Positions 17,940 through 27,223 are shown, counted from the stretch's first letter. The stretch: DNA of 30,355 nt from Candidatus Altiarchaeota archaeon (GCA_043800705.1 JAZDMS010000025.1:1-30355); one strand, 5' to 3'. Made by a program: numbers and translations. The notes: generated by a model not told the origin, from the letters alone.

Positions 17940-19711
17940 ATCGACCCCGCCAGTATCGTGTAGTTGTATATGACGTGTATGACCATCGAAAGGAGGAGGC
18001 CTACGCCGAACCATGCCCGGCGTCTGCCGTAGCGGAGGATGGTCGCGAACAGCATCGTGGACAGGATGTGGATGATGAGGGCGGGCATCATCTTCTGGAT
18101 GAAGAACACGTAGGGGCCGCCGAGGTAGTTGTAGACATTGTATATGAGGTAGAGGTTGAAGAGCTTCTCGGTGATGAAGAAGCTGGTTCCTGCCACGATG
18201 CCGTAGAGGACGGGGTTCATCCGCTTGTATGCGTAGGGTATGATCTTGACTATCTCTTCGACTGAGGCAAGGAGCATGAGGGACATTATGGGGGCGAATG
18301 CGCCGAGGGGGAGGACGAGGTATGCGAGTATGCTCTCGATTATGAATATGAAGGGGACTAGGAGGGCGACGGATACTGCGGCGTATGCTGCCTTGTTTCT
18401 GAGCATCCTGGACAGTCCGCTGTAGAAGACGGCAAGGAGCTCTGCGAAGCCCTTGGAGGAGAAGAGGACTTCGGCGTTGAAGCAGACGCCGGTGAAGGAG
18501 AGGAAGAACATGGACAGGAAGCAGTATGGGAGGAGGGAGAGGCCGAGGTCTGTGTAGGTCATTGTCGCCCCGTTTTCTATGCTGGTGACGGTGTCGAGGG
18601 GGGAGATGAGGGCGAGGACGTTGACTCCTGAGAAGACGTTTGGGAGGATGATGAAGAAGAAGAAGGCGAACATGCTGAAGCTGCCGATGAACGTCAGTTC
18701 GCGGTAGCTCCTGGATACGAGGACTGAGAAGAGGCTGAAGGAGAGCATGGCGCAGGACAGTACCGCGAATACCGCGGCTATCTTGAGCGCTTCGAGGCTG
18801 AACGTTATGAAGAGGCCGTATGAGAGGCTGAGGAGGGCCATGAGGGCGAAGTAGGGGAGGCTTTTGCCGATGAGTATCTCGGTGTTGGTGAGCGGGCTGT
18901 CGAAGAGGTTTTCGATGTTGCGGTCGATTCGTTCCCTTGAGAGGCTGAGGGACAGCAGGAAGGACAGGAGGACGAGGGGGGACAGGAGGGTCATGTTCCT
19001 GTAGAGGGTCTTGAAGGGGAATTCTATCCCCATCTCGGACGGGAGGCTGAGGGCGGAGTTGCCGGAGAGTGCGCCCTCAGGCGCCTGCTCGGGCGCACCG
19101 GACGCCGAAGCGGCCTCGGAGCCTGCGGCCGATGCCGGCGCCGCCGCATCCGGGGACTCGGCCTCGCCTTTGCGCTGCTTTCCGAGCAGGAGGCGCCTTT
19201 TTGCGTCGAGGCTGCCGTTCATGACGCTGTCGTAGTTGATCTTCTCCTCCAGCACCATGAGGCGCAAGGGGAGGAGGACGCCGGAGAGGTTCCTGTCTTT
19301 TTGTATGTATTCGGCGACCATCTCGCCGTTGAACCCGGCGAGCAGGGCGTTCATGCGGCCGAGTGCGGCGTCGGATTTTGCGGAGCCTGAGCCGAAGACG
19401 ACGATGCCTTGGCGGCCCTGGGTCGCGAACGCGTCTATTTCGTGGAGGCTGGAGGCCTGTATCATGTCGTATTGGCTCTGGTAGGGGACGAGCCGGATGC
19501 TGTATGGCTTGAGCCTGCCGACGACGCTGCCTTCGACGTAGCCGACTCGGTAGATGCTGTGGCTGGATGGCAGCTCGCTGTCTTGGACCTGGGGTGTGAC
19601 GAGCATGAGGAAGCCGGTGAGGAGGATGAGGAGTATGACGGCCTGGTCGAGGATGCTGCCGCGGTACTGGCGGATTTCGTATTTGCTGACCACCAAAAAA
19701 CGGGGAAGCAT
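17936..19711 (-). CDS. ABC-2 permease fused to a C-terminal PrsW-family intramembrane protease
   Basis: ERIDRNIENLFDSP...ILIGK permease motif; PrsW motifs EEIVK, FFITEK, HILST, HVIYN. Confidence 0.85.
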   Translation of the reverse strand: MLPRFLVVSKYEIRQYRGSILDQAVILLILLTGFLMLVTPQVQDSELPSSHSIYRVGYVEGSVVGRLKPYSIRLVPYQSQYDMIQASSLHEIDAFATQGRQGIVVFGSGSAKSDAALGRMNALLAGFNGEMVAEYIQKDRNLSGVLLPLRLMVLEEKINYDSVMNGSLDAKRRLLLGKQRKGEAESPDAAAPASAAGSEAASASGAPEQAPEGALSGNSALSLPSEMGIEFPFKTLYRNMTLLSPLVLLSFLLSLSLSRERIDRNIENLFDSPLTNTEILIGKSLPYFALMALLSLSYGLFITFSLEALKIAAVFAVLSCAMLSFSLFSVLVSRSYRELTFIGSFSMFAFFFFIILPNVFSGVNVLALISPLDTVTSIENGATMTYTDLGLSLLPYCFLSMFFLSFTGVCFNAEVLFSSKGFAELLAVFYSGLSRMLRNKAAYAAVSVALLVPFIFIIESILAYLVLPLGAFAPIMSLMLLASVEEIVKIIPYAYKRMNPVLYGIVAGTSFFITEKLFNLYLIYNVYNYLGGPYVFFIQKMMPALIIHILSTMLFATILRYGRRRAWFGVGLLLSMVIHVIYNYTILAGSI

Positions 19712-19973
19712 ATGGATAATTCCCCGCGAAAAGATATATACCAGCCGCTATCCCGGAGGGTAGCGGCTCATCGGCCTCGTCGGACGATGGCCCGCGGAAC
19801 CATGACTCTTCCGCTACCCATGACCCGAGGATCAAACCCTAACGAATCGCTGACGCAGACCGGTTAGGGAAAAAAAACGGGATATCGCCTTTTTAGCCGG
19901 ATTCTAGGGGATAGAGGAGGGGTTATCGTATTTATTTCAGTATCCCCCGTAAATATTGAAGGGTATGGTAACA

Positions 19974-20249
19974 ATGGCCGATAAATCCGAGCCGACGCGG
20001 AAGACGGAGATGGAGGAGATCAAATTCGCATTAGAAAAATCCGAAAAGAATGCTAAATGGTTCGATGAGCATTATCCAGAGCTGCAGAAAAAATACAAGT
20101 GCGGATTATTGGGGATACGAGACCAGAAAGTCGTCGCAGCCGAGGATAGGTTAGATGACCTGCTGCAGACGCTCCAGAGGAAGAGGGAGGATATCGCCCA
20201 GGTATATATCACCGCCATTCCCTGCGAGAACATAGCCTATATCCTGTAG
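19974..20249 (+). CDS. DUF5678 family small protein
   Basis: WFDEHYPELQKKY..LLGIRDQKVVA; upstream of a retropepsin-like gene. Confidence 0.75.
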   Translation: MADKSEPTRKTEMEEIKFALEKSEKNAKWFDEHYPELQKKYKCGLLGIRDQKVVAAEDRLDDLLQTLQRKREDIAQVYITAIPCENIAYIL

Positions 20250-20252
20250 ACG

Positions 20253-20696
20253 ATGAAAGTTCCCTTGGCTGTTAATAGAACCTTCGGCGAATGGATGCTT
20301 TATGCCCATATAAGCATCCGGTCGTGCCGTGTAAATCCGGTGCCTATACGGGTTTTAGTGGATACAGGAAGCCCTTGGCTGGCGATAAGCCCAAAAGACG
20401 CCAAACAACTGAACATGCCAATCTCATCCTTGACCAAACCCAAAGAGTCCCCGAAAATCTGGTTTGGAGGCCATATTTTTTATAGGCTATTGCTGGATGA
20501 CGTTACTATACATCTCAAAGAGGAGGACGGGGAGATTGTTTCGGTCGAGATGCCGTCAGTCAGCGTCCTACAGCCGACCAAAAAGGCCGAGGAGGTCAAT
20601 AAACTCCCGAGCGTATTGGGATGTGATTTCCTGAGGGTCGGTAACTTCAGCCTATTTTTTGATACAGGCAAACAGGCGGGTTTTTTGGAAAGATAG
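20253..20696 (+). CDS. Retropepsin-like single-domain aspartic protease
   Basis: LVDTGS catalytic motif and SVLGCDFL. Confidence 0.85.
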   Translation: MKVPLAVNRTFGEWMLYAHISIRSCRVNPVPIRVLVDTGSPWLAISPKDAKQLNMPISSLTKPKESPKIWFGGHIFYRLLLDDVTIHLKEEDGEIVSVEMPSVSVLQPTKKAEEVNKLPSVLGCDFLRVGNFSLFFDTGKQAGFLER

Positions 20697-20742
20697 CCCG
20701 GAGGATTCGACTTATAATCCATCCAGGACAATACATACAGAT

Positions 20743-21465
20743 ATGCCTCCGTTTGTCATAGCAGAAGGCCTGGGGAAGGTCTACACCGAAGGCTACGCGG
20801 TCAAGGACGTCTCCTTCACCGTCGAGGAGGGGGAGATTTTCGGGTTCCTCGGCCCCAACGGGGCCGGCAAGACGACGACTTTGAGGATGATGTGCGGGAT
20901 ACTCGACCCGACCGAAGGCGCCGCCACAGTCAAGGGATTCGACACCGTCAAGGACAGGATAAAGGTGAAGGAGATCACCGGATACCTTCCGGAGGAGGAC
21001 TTCCTCTACGGGGAGATGACGGTAAGGGACCACCTCACATACATCGGCGAACTCTACGGCGTCGGCGGCCTCAGGGACAAGGTCGACGAGACGCTCAGGA
21101 CCGTCGAGATGGAATCCCACATCGACGACGTGATAAAGACCCTCAGCAAAGGCCAACGGAGGAGGATCGCGATCGCGAAGACCCTCATACACGATCCAGA
21201 GATCGTGCTTTTGGACGAGGTCACCTCCGGCCTCGACCCGGTCTACTCGAAGAAGATGGTCGACGTCGTCAAAGGACTGCACAAGAAAGGGAAGACGGTC
21301 GTCTTCTCCACGCACCTCCTGGACGAGGCCACGCAACTGTGCGACAGGATAATGATAATCGACAGGGGGACGATTATGGGCCTCGGCACGATACCGCAGA
21401 TACTGGAAGAGACAGGGACAAAAGACCTAAGCGAGGCGTTCTTCAAGCTGATAGGGACGGATTAG
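20743..21465 (+). CDS. ABC transporter ATP-binding protein
   Basis: GPNGAGKTT, LSKGQ, LLDE, STH. Confidence 0.95.
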   Translation: MPPFVIAEGLGKVYTEGYAVKDVSFTVEEGEIFGFLGPNGAGKTTTLRMMCGILDPTEGAATVKGFDTVKDRIKVKEITGYLPEEDFLYGEMTVRDHLTYIGELYGVGGLRDKVDETLRTVEMESHIDDVIKTLSKGQRRRIAIAKTLIHDPEIVLLDEVTSGLDPVYSKKMVDVVKGLHKKGKTVVFSTHLLDEATQLCDRIMIIDRGTIMGLGTIPQILEETGTKDLSEAFFKLIGTD

Positions 21466-21797
21466 GCTGACAGGGACAGGTCGGGGACGTTGTCGTCCTT
21501 GGGCGGCTTCTCATCGGTCCTTGGATTGCGCATCTCGTCGGATTTCTCTTTCGGGACTGTTTCCTCGAGCTTCCTTTTCTGGTGGATGTCGACGAAGGCC
21601 TCCGCCGCCCTGCGGCCATTCAGCGCCGGAAGGAGCATGCTCTGGTCCGTCGCCTTGCCGAATAGGAGGGTCTCGACTCTGCGGTCCATGAGCCTGTGCT
21701 CCAGCTGGACGATATTCCTGTCCTCCTCCTGCCTTTGCTGCTGGAGCTTGAGCCGCCTGTTGGCTTCCTCGACCTTGGACTGCGGACCGCCGGCCAT
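21462..21797 (-). CDS. Hypothetical protein
   Basis: ATG with an AT-rich promoter upstream; 4-bp convergent overlap; no recognisable motif. Confidence 0.55.
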   Translation of the reverse strand: MAGGPQSKVEEANRRLKLQQQRQEEDRNIVQLEHRLMDRRVETLLFGKATDQSMLLPALNGRRAAEAFVDIHQKRKLEETVPKEKSDEMRNPRTDEKPPKDDNVPDLSLSA

Positions 21798-21829
21798 AGG
21801 TTATAATACGCGGCATTTGAATATATAAT

Positions 21830-23104
21830 GTGGAAAAACGGGCGATATTGGCTTCCATACTGGCATTAACGGCCTTGTCCGCAGCCTATTGGTGGTTTTT
21901 TTGGGATACGCCGCCGGCTTCGGGGGATGACGCCTCGCGTGCCGAGGAGGACGCATTCATCAAAGAATACCTGGCGAAGGAAGAGGCCGTCGTCGACGTC
22001 CCCGCCAGCATCGTCGACCTGAAGGCTTCTACGACCGCAACGACGACATCGACGCTCCTTGCCCTTCCCGCATGCCCCGATGAATGCTGCCCAGAGGACG
22101 GCGGCGCATACGCGCCGAAGGGTTGCGGCCCCTATTTCGTCTGCGAGAACGGGACGTGCCTGGACCCGCCGTGCCCCTTCGAATGCTGCGTCCTCGGAAT
22201 GTACGCCGACAGGCTCTGCCGAAGCCCGCTCATATGCGAGAACTCGACGTGCGTTAAAGCCGACTGCCCCGACGACGCCGAATGCTGCGACGAAGCCGGC
22301 TACAGCTACACGAAGCCGTGCCCCGAGGGCCAGGCATGCGAAGCAGGCGCGTGCAAGACCCTGGACACCGACGGCGACGGCCTGTCCGACCACGCGGAAC
22401 GTGAGCTCGGCACGAACGCGACCATGATAGACAGCGACGGGGACGGATTAGGCGACTACGCGGAGGTCATGGCGGTCCGCACTAGTCCCCTCGACCCCGA
22501 CACGGACGGCGACAGGTATCCGGACGCCGTCGACAAGAACCCGACGGTCACGGACTCGGCCATGGTGAACGTCACAATCCTTTCGGCCTCCGTCGACCGC
22601 GACCTGGACGCGTTGCATGAGATCCTCATGCACCTGGACTTCGGCCAGAGCCCGCCTTCGGGCAACGACTCTGTGGCGTCTTTCGCCTCCAACATCTGGG
22701 TCGCCAACACCGGCAGCGACTACACACCCTACGTCAACTATACGTACAGCATCGGGTACCGGTGCGCCCCGGGCGTCGATGTGAGGCGGAAGCCCTTCAT
22801 ATACAGGTATATCCCGGCAGACAACGTGTCCTGGAACGTGTCCTTGAGGAACTCGTCCTGGGGGAACGTCTCCTGGGTGGGGGAGCGCGGGGAACAAAAC
22901 GACACCAAGAACGCCACATACTGGGACATCAGGGACTACCAGCTGACTGAGAAGCGCATCGAGCCGGGGACCAGATACATCAGGTATTTCCGCGCCGTCC
23001 TCAGATACAAGGACATCCCCAACGACACCCTGGAGGCCCTCGTCTCCGAAAGGAGCTGCGGATACAACATAACCATAAAGGACGTCAGATACGAACGGTT
23101 CTAG
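21830..23104 (+). CDS. Membrane-anchored Cys-rich surface protein with thrombospondin type 3-like Ca-binding repeats
   Basis: N-terminal TM, Thr linker, three CPxxCC repeats, DTDGDGLSD/DSDGDGLGD/DTDGDRYPD, many N-x-S/T sequons. Confidence 0.85.
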   Translation: MEKRAILASILALTALSAAYWWFFWDTPPASGDDASRAEEDAFIKEYLAKEEAVVDVPASIVDLKASTTATTTSTLLALPACPDECCPEDGGAYAPKGCGPYFVCENGTCLDPPCPFECCVLGMYADRLCRSPLICENSTCVKADCPDDAECCDEAGYSYTKPCPEGQACEAGACKTLDTDGDGLSDHAERELGTNATMIDSDGDGLGDYAEVMAVRTSPLDPDTDGDRYPDAVDKNPTVTDSAMVNVTILSASVDRDLDALHEILMHLDFGQSPPSGNDSVASFASNIWVANTGSDYTPYVNYTYSIGYRCAPGVDVRRKPFIYRYIPADNVSWNVSLRNSSWGNVSWVGERGEQNDTKNATYWDIRDYQLTEKRIEPGTRYIRYFRAVLRYKDIPNDTLEALVSERSCGYNITIKDVRYERF

Positions 23105-23142
23105 GGCGTGACGCTCTTTTGGACGGTGAGCTGCTAACTGGA

Positions 23143-23370
23143 TTAGGACTCGTTGAACTCATCCACCGTGATCTCTGCGTCGCGGATGAGCTTCCTCAGA
23201 AGCCCGGGGCCAAGCGTCTTATGGTCTGGCACAGTCAGTTTTTTACGCACCTTATCCGAGGCATGCTCCAATCTGATATGGCTTCCGCGCTGCCTGACAA
23301 CGGCATATCCGAGTCTTGCGAATTTTTTAACGGCATCTCTTCCGGATATGACAGGCAGCGCATGCGACAT
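23143..23370 (-). CDS. hicA: HicA family toxin
   Basis: LPVISGRD, RQRGSH, TVPDH, GLLRKLIRDA; TAATG coupling to hicB. Confidence 0.92.
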   Translation of the reverse strand: MSHALPVISGRDAVKKFARLGYAVVRQRGSHIRLEHASDKVRKKLTVPDHKTLGPGLLRKLIRDAEITVDEFNES

Positions 23371-23615
23371 TATGAGCTGATGGATATCGTGTGGAAGCTG
23401 AACTCCTTGGGGTGATATGACTTTAAGAAGGTCTTGGTCTTTTCCTCTTCCAGGCATAACCCTATCACTTCCCTGATGTTCCTCAAGGCCTCATCCAGGC
23501 TTCTTCCCTGGGAGTAGCAGCCCTCCAGGACCGGGCATTCGACCACGTAGAAACCAGCCTCGTCTTTCTCGACAACGACAGGAAACTGCATCTCGTTGCA
23601 CGCCTTCTTTGGCAT
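23370..23615 (-). CDS. hicB: HicB family antitoxin
   Basis: VVEKDEAGFYVVECPVLEGCYSQG..LDEALRNIREVI. Confidence 0.92.
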   Translation of the reverse strand: MPKKACNEMQFPVVVEKDEAGFYVVECPVLEGCYSQGRSLDEALRNIREVIGLCLEEEKTKTFLKSYHPKEFSFHTISISS

Positions 23616-23649
23616 ATGATAATCTGAAGGAGAGGCAGAGATATAAATA

Positions 23650-23731
23650 CGCTAATCCCCCGTTATGACCCGCCTGGAAGGGGCGTTCCAGGCCTCTGCG
23701 ACGCCGTCGGGGATGGCGTCGCGCGGGCCGG
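23650..23731 (-). repeat. Surface-gene-tail repeat, copy A (degenerate, forms two hairpins)
   Basis: Ungapped 36/59 match of 23650-23708 to 29583-29641, followed by a close match of the GACGCCGTC..GGGA core; TAG in the same position. Confidence 0.6.
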
Positions 23732-23767
23732 GTGCTCGTCGGCGGACATCTCCGCGTATGGGTTTCC

Positions 23768-24112
23768 TCAGAGGTCCGAGCCTGTCCGGATGAGCGGGCT
23801 GATGCTTTTCAGGAGCGCCTCGTGCAGTTCCCGCCTCTTTTCCGGCTTCAGGCGGACGATTCTCCGCTCTATCATCTTCTCCGATATCGTGAATATGTAG
23901 TTGGTCTTTATCACGCTGTCTTTGGCCATCCCGTCATCTGCCGATAGGCGTATCCCGTCCATGGAGACGTTGCCCGTCACCCCTGCTACGACTATGTTCC
24001 CGTATTCTTCGAAGAGGACGGCCGCAGGCCTGGTCTTCACCTCGAAGGTGTCTGCGAACTGTATCTTCGCCAGCACTATGTCCCCTGCCCTATACTGTGT
24101 CCCAGAAGTCAT
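23768..24112 (-). CDS. mazF: MazF/PemK family toxin
   Basis: GDIVLAKIQFAD..KTRPA, GM.KDSVIK motifs. Confidence 0.9.
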   Translation of the reverse strand: MTSGTQYRAGDIVLAKIQFADTFEVKTRPAAVLFEEYGNIVVAGVTGNVSMDGIRLSADDGMAKDSVIKTNYIFTISEKMIERRIVRLKPEKRRELHEALLKSISPLIRTGSDL

Positions 24113-24317
24113 CTTCTTTGTTGTCCCAGAGGCTCCTCATCCGCTCCTGCTGTATCTTGTGGAGGAACTCGTCGTATTGGTTTCTTTTCCTCGCTGCCTT
24201 GTAGCATTCGAGCATCCTGGAGATAAGCTCGTTGTAGGTCTGCCGCCGGTATTCCTTGAGCTCCCTCAGCGAATCAAGGACGGCCCTCTCCACCTGAATC
24301 GTAGACATATCAGACAT
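24090..24317 (-). CDS. Small RHH-type antitoxin
   Basis: STIQV...L..LK..RQTYNELI.RM; C-terminal LWDNKEDDFWD; overlaps the mazF start. Confidence 0.85.
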   Translation of the reverse strand: MSDMSTIQVERAVLDSLRELKEYRRQTYNELISRMLECYKAARKRNQYDEFLHKIQQERMRSLWDNKEDDFWDTV

Positions 24318-24395
24318 TATAACACATCAATAACACATTATAGACACTTACATAAATAGGGTTGTTGCTGGGCTGGCCGGGCCCTGATATGACAG

Positions 24396-24539
24396 TATTG
24401 CCCAGATGAGGCTGTTCTTCCCGGCGACGGTGACGCCGCCCGGGGACGATGACGCGCCGGCTCCGAGGTTGGCGGCGTCTAACGAGCCGGTGTCGATGAA
24501 GCTGATGTTTCCGACGTAGTAGTCCTTCTGGTAGATGTA
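24396..24539 (-). repeat. Surface-gene-tail repeat, copy B
   Basis: Encodes YIYQKDYYVGNISFIDTGS..DAAN...GVTVAGKNSLIWAI; homologous to 28372-28540 and 29573-29709. Confidence 0.85.
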
Positions 24540-24760
24540 TCAGTTCTCGCTGGCGTCTGCGATACATACACCCATGGGAGTAGCCGACATGCTGTTGGCG
24601 TATGCGCCCGTAGTCAACACGTTTGTTGTGTCCGTGCTGCTCAAAGCGTTCTGATTCGACTTGCTAATCCACCAGGTCACATTCCACGCCACAGCCTCGT
24701 ATTTTTCGATGCAGAAGCCGCCCAACTTGTCTATGGACGCCACCCCCTCAGGGCAGCTGC
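24540..24760 (-). pseudogene. Fragment of an FGE-sulfatase/C-type-lectin-fold domain gene
   Basis: SCPEGVASIDKLGGFCIEKYEA, then a shifted-frame PWVYVSQTPART; abuts repeat copy B. Confidence 0.7.
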
Positions 24761-24793
24761 CGGGCTTGCCCTGCCATGAGAAGCCCTGATACC

Positions 24794-25588
24794 TCACGAC
24801 TTGCCCGAAATCGTGGACAGCGGAAACGTAGGTACCGTTCCAGAAATATGCGGCGTTTGATCTTTCTCATCGCTTATCGGGCACACGTGCTTCTCCACAT
24901 ACTTCCGGTTCTGGGTGAATATCGGCGGTTCATCGTCGACGTGGATGCCGTCGTTTTTGGTTATGCATCGTCCGCGTCTTTTCCATATTTCCAGGTCGTT
25001 CCAGTTCATTCCCTTCCGGAAAATCATCTCCTGAAGTTCCTTGTTTTTCTTCAGGTGTATCTCCTTTTGGCTGTAGAAGGTCCTTGCGAGCATCTGCATG
25101 GAGTTCCTAGTCCAATCCTGCTGCCGCCATATGTAATAATTGCAGACTTCCTCTTTTGGGAGTATGAAACATCGCGCGTCAAAGTATCCGTCCCCCGTTA
25201 TCTTATGGACAGATTGCGGCAAACTGCTGGTCTGTTCCCTCTCCTTTATTCTGTTGAATTCCGCTGTTGCTATAGAGGCTGAGACGGAAGAGATCTTTTG
25301 GATTTCATTCCCGAACCACGGACAAAAATCGAGGCTTGAATAGTTCACGACCAAAACGTTAATCTCGTCTGACTGGAGGTATGCGAAGACGGCCCCCGAT
25401 ATTTCTTCAAGCAGTTTGCCGGCGGCAGCATCCAGGAGGTGTTTTACGCCCGTATCAAACGGCTCCTCTATGCCACCGAGCAGCTTGTGAAAAGCCTTCC
25501 CGTCAATACGAATAATCATCGGGAGACGTTTAGGCAGGACGATGGTATATGCCTTCTCGTATTCCTTCATCCGATCCCCTATCACCAT
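24794..25588 (-). CDS. thg1: tRNA(His) guanylyltransferase Thg1-like protein (3'-5' polymerase)
   Basis: DRMKEYE, RIDGKAFH, QSDEI, FDAR, WRQQD..RNS motifs. Confidence 0.93.
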   Translation of the reverse strand: MVIGDRMKEYEKAYTIVLPKRLPMIIRIDGKAFHKLLGGIEEPFDTGVKHLLDAAAGKLLEEISGAVFAYLQSDEINVLVVNYSSLDFCPWFGNEIQKISSVSASIATAEFNRIKEREQTSSLPQSVHKITGDGYFDARCFILPKEEVCNYYIWRQQDWTRNSMQMLARTFYSQKEIHLKKNKELQEMIFRKGMNWNDLEIWKRRGRCITKNDGIHVDDEPPIFTQNRKYVEKHVCPISDEKDQTPHISGTVPTFPLSTISGKS

Positions 25589-25646
25589 TGCATCGCTACC
25601 TCAATAATTCTAAAACATCCGCCGGCATTTGCCAAACCATGTGTCA

Positions 25647-27062
25647 TCATGACTTCGACCATTGCTGAACGCGCCCCTGTTTGTGTGCCTCCTGTTCGTC
25701 TTTTAGTAGGTAATATGCTCCCCGGTATGATCCTATTTTTTTGAGGTGTCCGAATTTTATCATTTCGTTTATGTCGTGTATTGCTGTCCCGTGTGATATG
25801 TCGTTGATTTTTGAGTAGGTTTTTGTGTTTATTGTCCTGTTTTTTTGGAGGAACTCTATCGCCTTAAGCTGCCTTTCGTTGAGGTGTGTTTGCTCTTTTA
25901 TGGGTTTTAGGCTGGTGGCTTGGTTTCGAAGGATTACGCGGAAAAAGTGTTCGTATATGCCAAACTCAGGGTCTGCGAGCCCGTATTCCCTCATGCTGTT
26001 TATCATCCTGGGTATGCCAGATCCCAATCCTTCGACGTATCCGTAATCTCTGAGGAGTTTGTATGTTAGGGGGTTCCGTTGGACTGAGAGTGTTCCGAAT
26101 AATTCTCTAGGCAGGCCAGTAGGCAGCGAGCCGGGGTTGGTTATCTCTAACCTGTCAGAGAACAGGCATATCTGTGTCGCGTCTTTGCTGAAGTAGTCCC
26201 TGTGGGCTACGGCGTTGACTATTGCCTCACATATAACGTCTATGGGGTAGGGGTATCTTTCCTCTCTTCTGGCTTCGAATTTAACCTGGATATTCTTGGG
26301 GAGATTTGTTTTGACAAAGGACAGCGCCTTTTCTATGGATTCCGTCAGATTCGATTGGATGAGTTCGTGCGATACGATTTTGACCGGCTCGGTCCCGTCA
26401 AATCTGACAAGTTTCAGCTCGTTTTGGGGATGGGATCGCGGAGGATTTTTAGCAAAAAAGAGCAATGCTGAGTTCTTGATCTTCAGCCCTCCGTTTTTTG
26501 CGGCTAACCTCATGCTTAACAGGAAGTCTTCGATGGAGTGGGATTTGAAGCAATCCTGTTGTCTTCTTAATGCGAGATATTCCTTTGCCTTGTCTTCGTC
26601 AATGTCGCTGATTACGGCGTCGCTTGGGGTTTCATCAAAACAGAGGATTTGCTTGCCCCGCAAGAAATCAAGTATCTGGACTCCTTCCATCTTTTTCAAG
26701 GTACTTCCGACCCTGGCCCAAATGGCTCCCTGAAACGTGTGGAAACATCCGTCAATGGCTTTTTGTATGACTGTCGCGATTATTTGCTTTCCTTCGACCG
26801 CATGGAGTTCTATTGAGGGGAGTATCGGGGGGGATACTGCTTGGGCCGAGGCAGATATCTTTTGTTGGATTTCGTCCGCATCCTCTTTTAAGCCGACTAT
26901 CTGTTTTTTCTGGGTTACGCCAACAAGGATTATGCCCCCGCAGGTGTTGGCAAACCCGCACATCAGTTTTGAAAAATCCCGGGAACTGTGGAAAGATTCC
27001 TTAAGCTCTACCTCTTGCGACTCCCCTGATCCTATCACCCCAAGGATTTTGCCGGTTTTCAT
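25647..27062 (-). CDS. Schlafen/AlbA_2 + HATPase_c_4 + wHTH protein (RecG-C-like putative DNA-binding protein)
   Basis: ESQEVELK, FANTCGG.ILVGV, EAIVNAVAHRDY, ITNPG, RNPL, EGLGSGI, C-terminal HTH. Confidence 0.9.
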   Translation of the reverse strand: MKTGKILGVIGSGESQEVELKESFHSSRDFSKLMCGFANTCGGIILVGVTQKKQIVGLKEDADEIQQKISASAQAVSPPILPSIELHAVEGKQIIATVIQKAIDGCFHTFQGAIWARVGSTLKKMEGVQILDFLRGKQILCFDETPSDAVISDIDEDKAKEYLALRRQQDCFKSHSIEDFLLSMRLAAKNGGLKIKNSALLFFAKNPPRSHPQNELKLVRFDGTEPVKIVSHELIQSNLTESIEKALSFVKTNLPKNIQVKFEARREERYPYPIDVICEAIVNAVAHRDYFSKDATQICLFSDRLEITNPGSLPTGLPRELFGTLSVQRNPLTYKLLRDYGYVEGLGSGIPRMINSMREYGLADPEFGIYEHFFRVILRNQATSLKPIKEQTHLNERQLKAIEFLQKNRTINTKTYSKINDISHGTAIHDINEMIKFGHLKKIGSYRGAYYLLKDEQEAHKQGRVQQWSKS

Positions 27063-27109
27063 CCCAAACAAACTGTTAACAGTAAATTGGTAGTAATTGA
27101 TAGTATTTA

Positions 27110-27223
27110 AAGGACAAATACCTCGTCGCCGTATACCGTGAACTGGGGCCGGAAGACGGGTTCCTGTTGACGGCGTATTATACGAGGAAACTAGGCGGGA
27201 GGGCGATACTATGGAAACGTTGA
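27110..27223 (+). pseudogene. C-terminal fragment of a BECR/RelE-like (PBECR2-type) toxin
   Basis: KDKYLVAVYRELGPEDGFLLTAYYTRK...ILWKR*; no start; overlaps the DUF2283 ATG. Confidence 0.65.
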
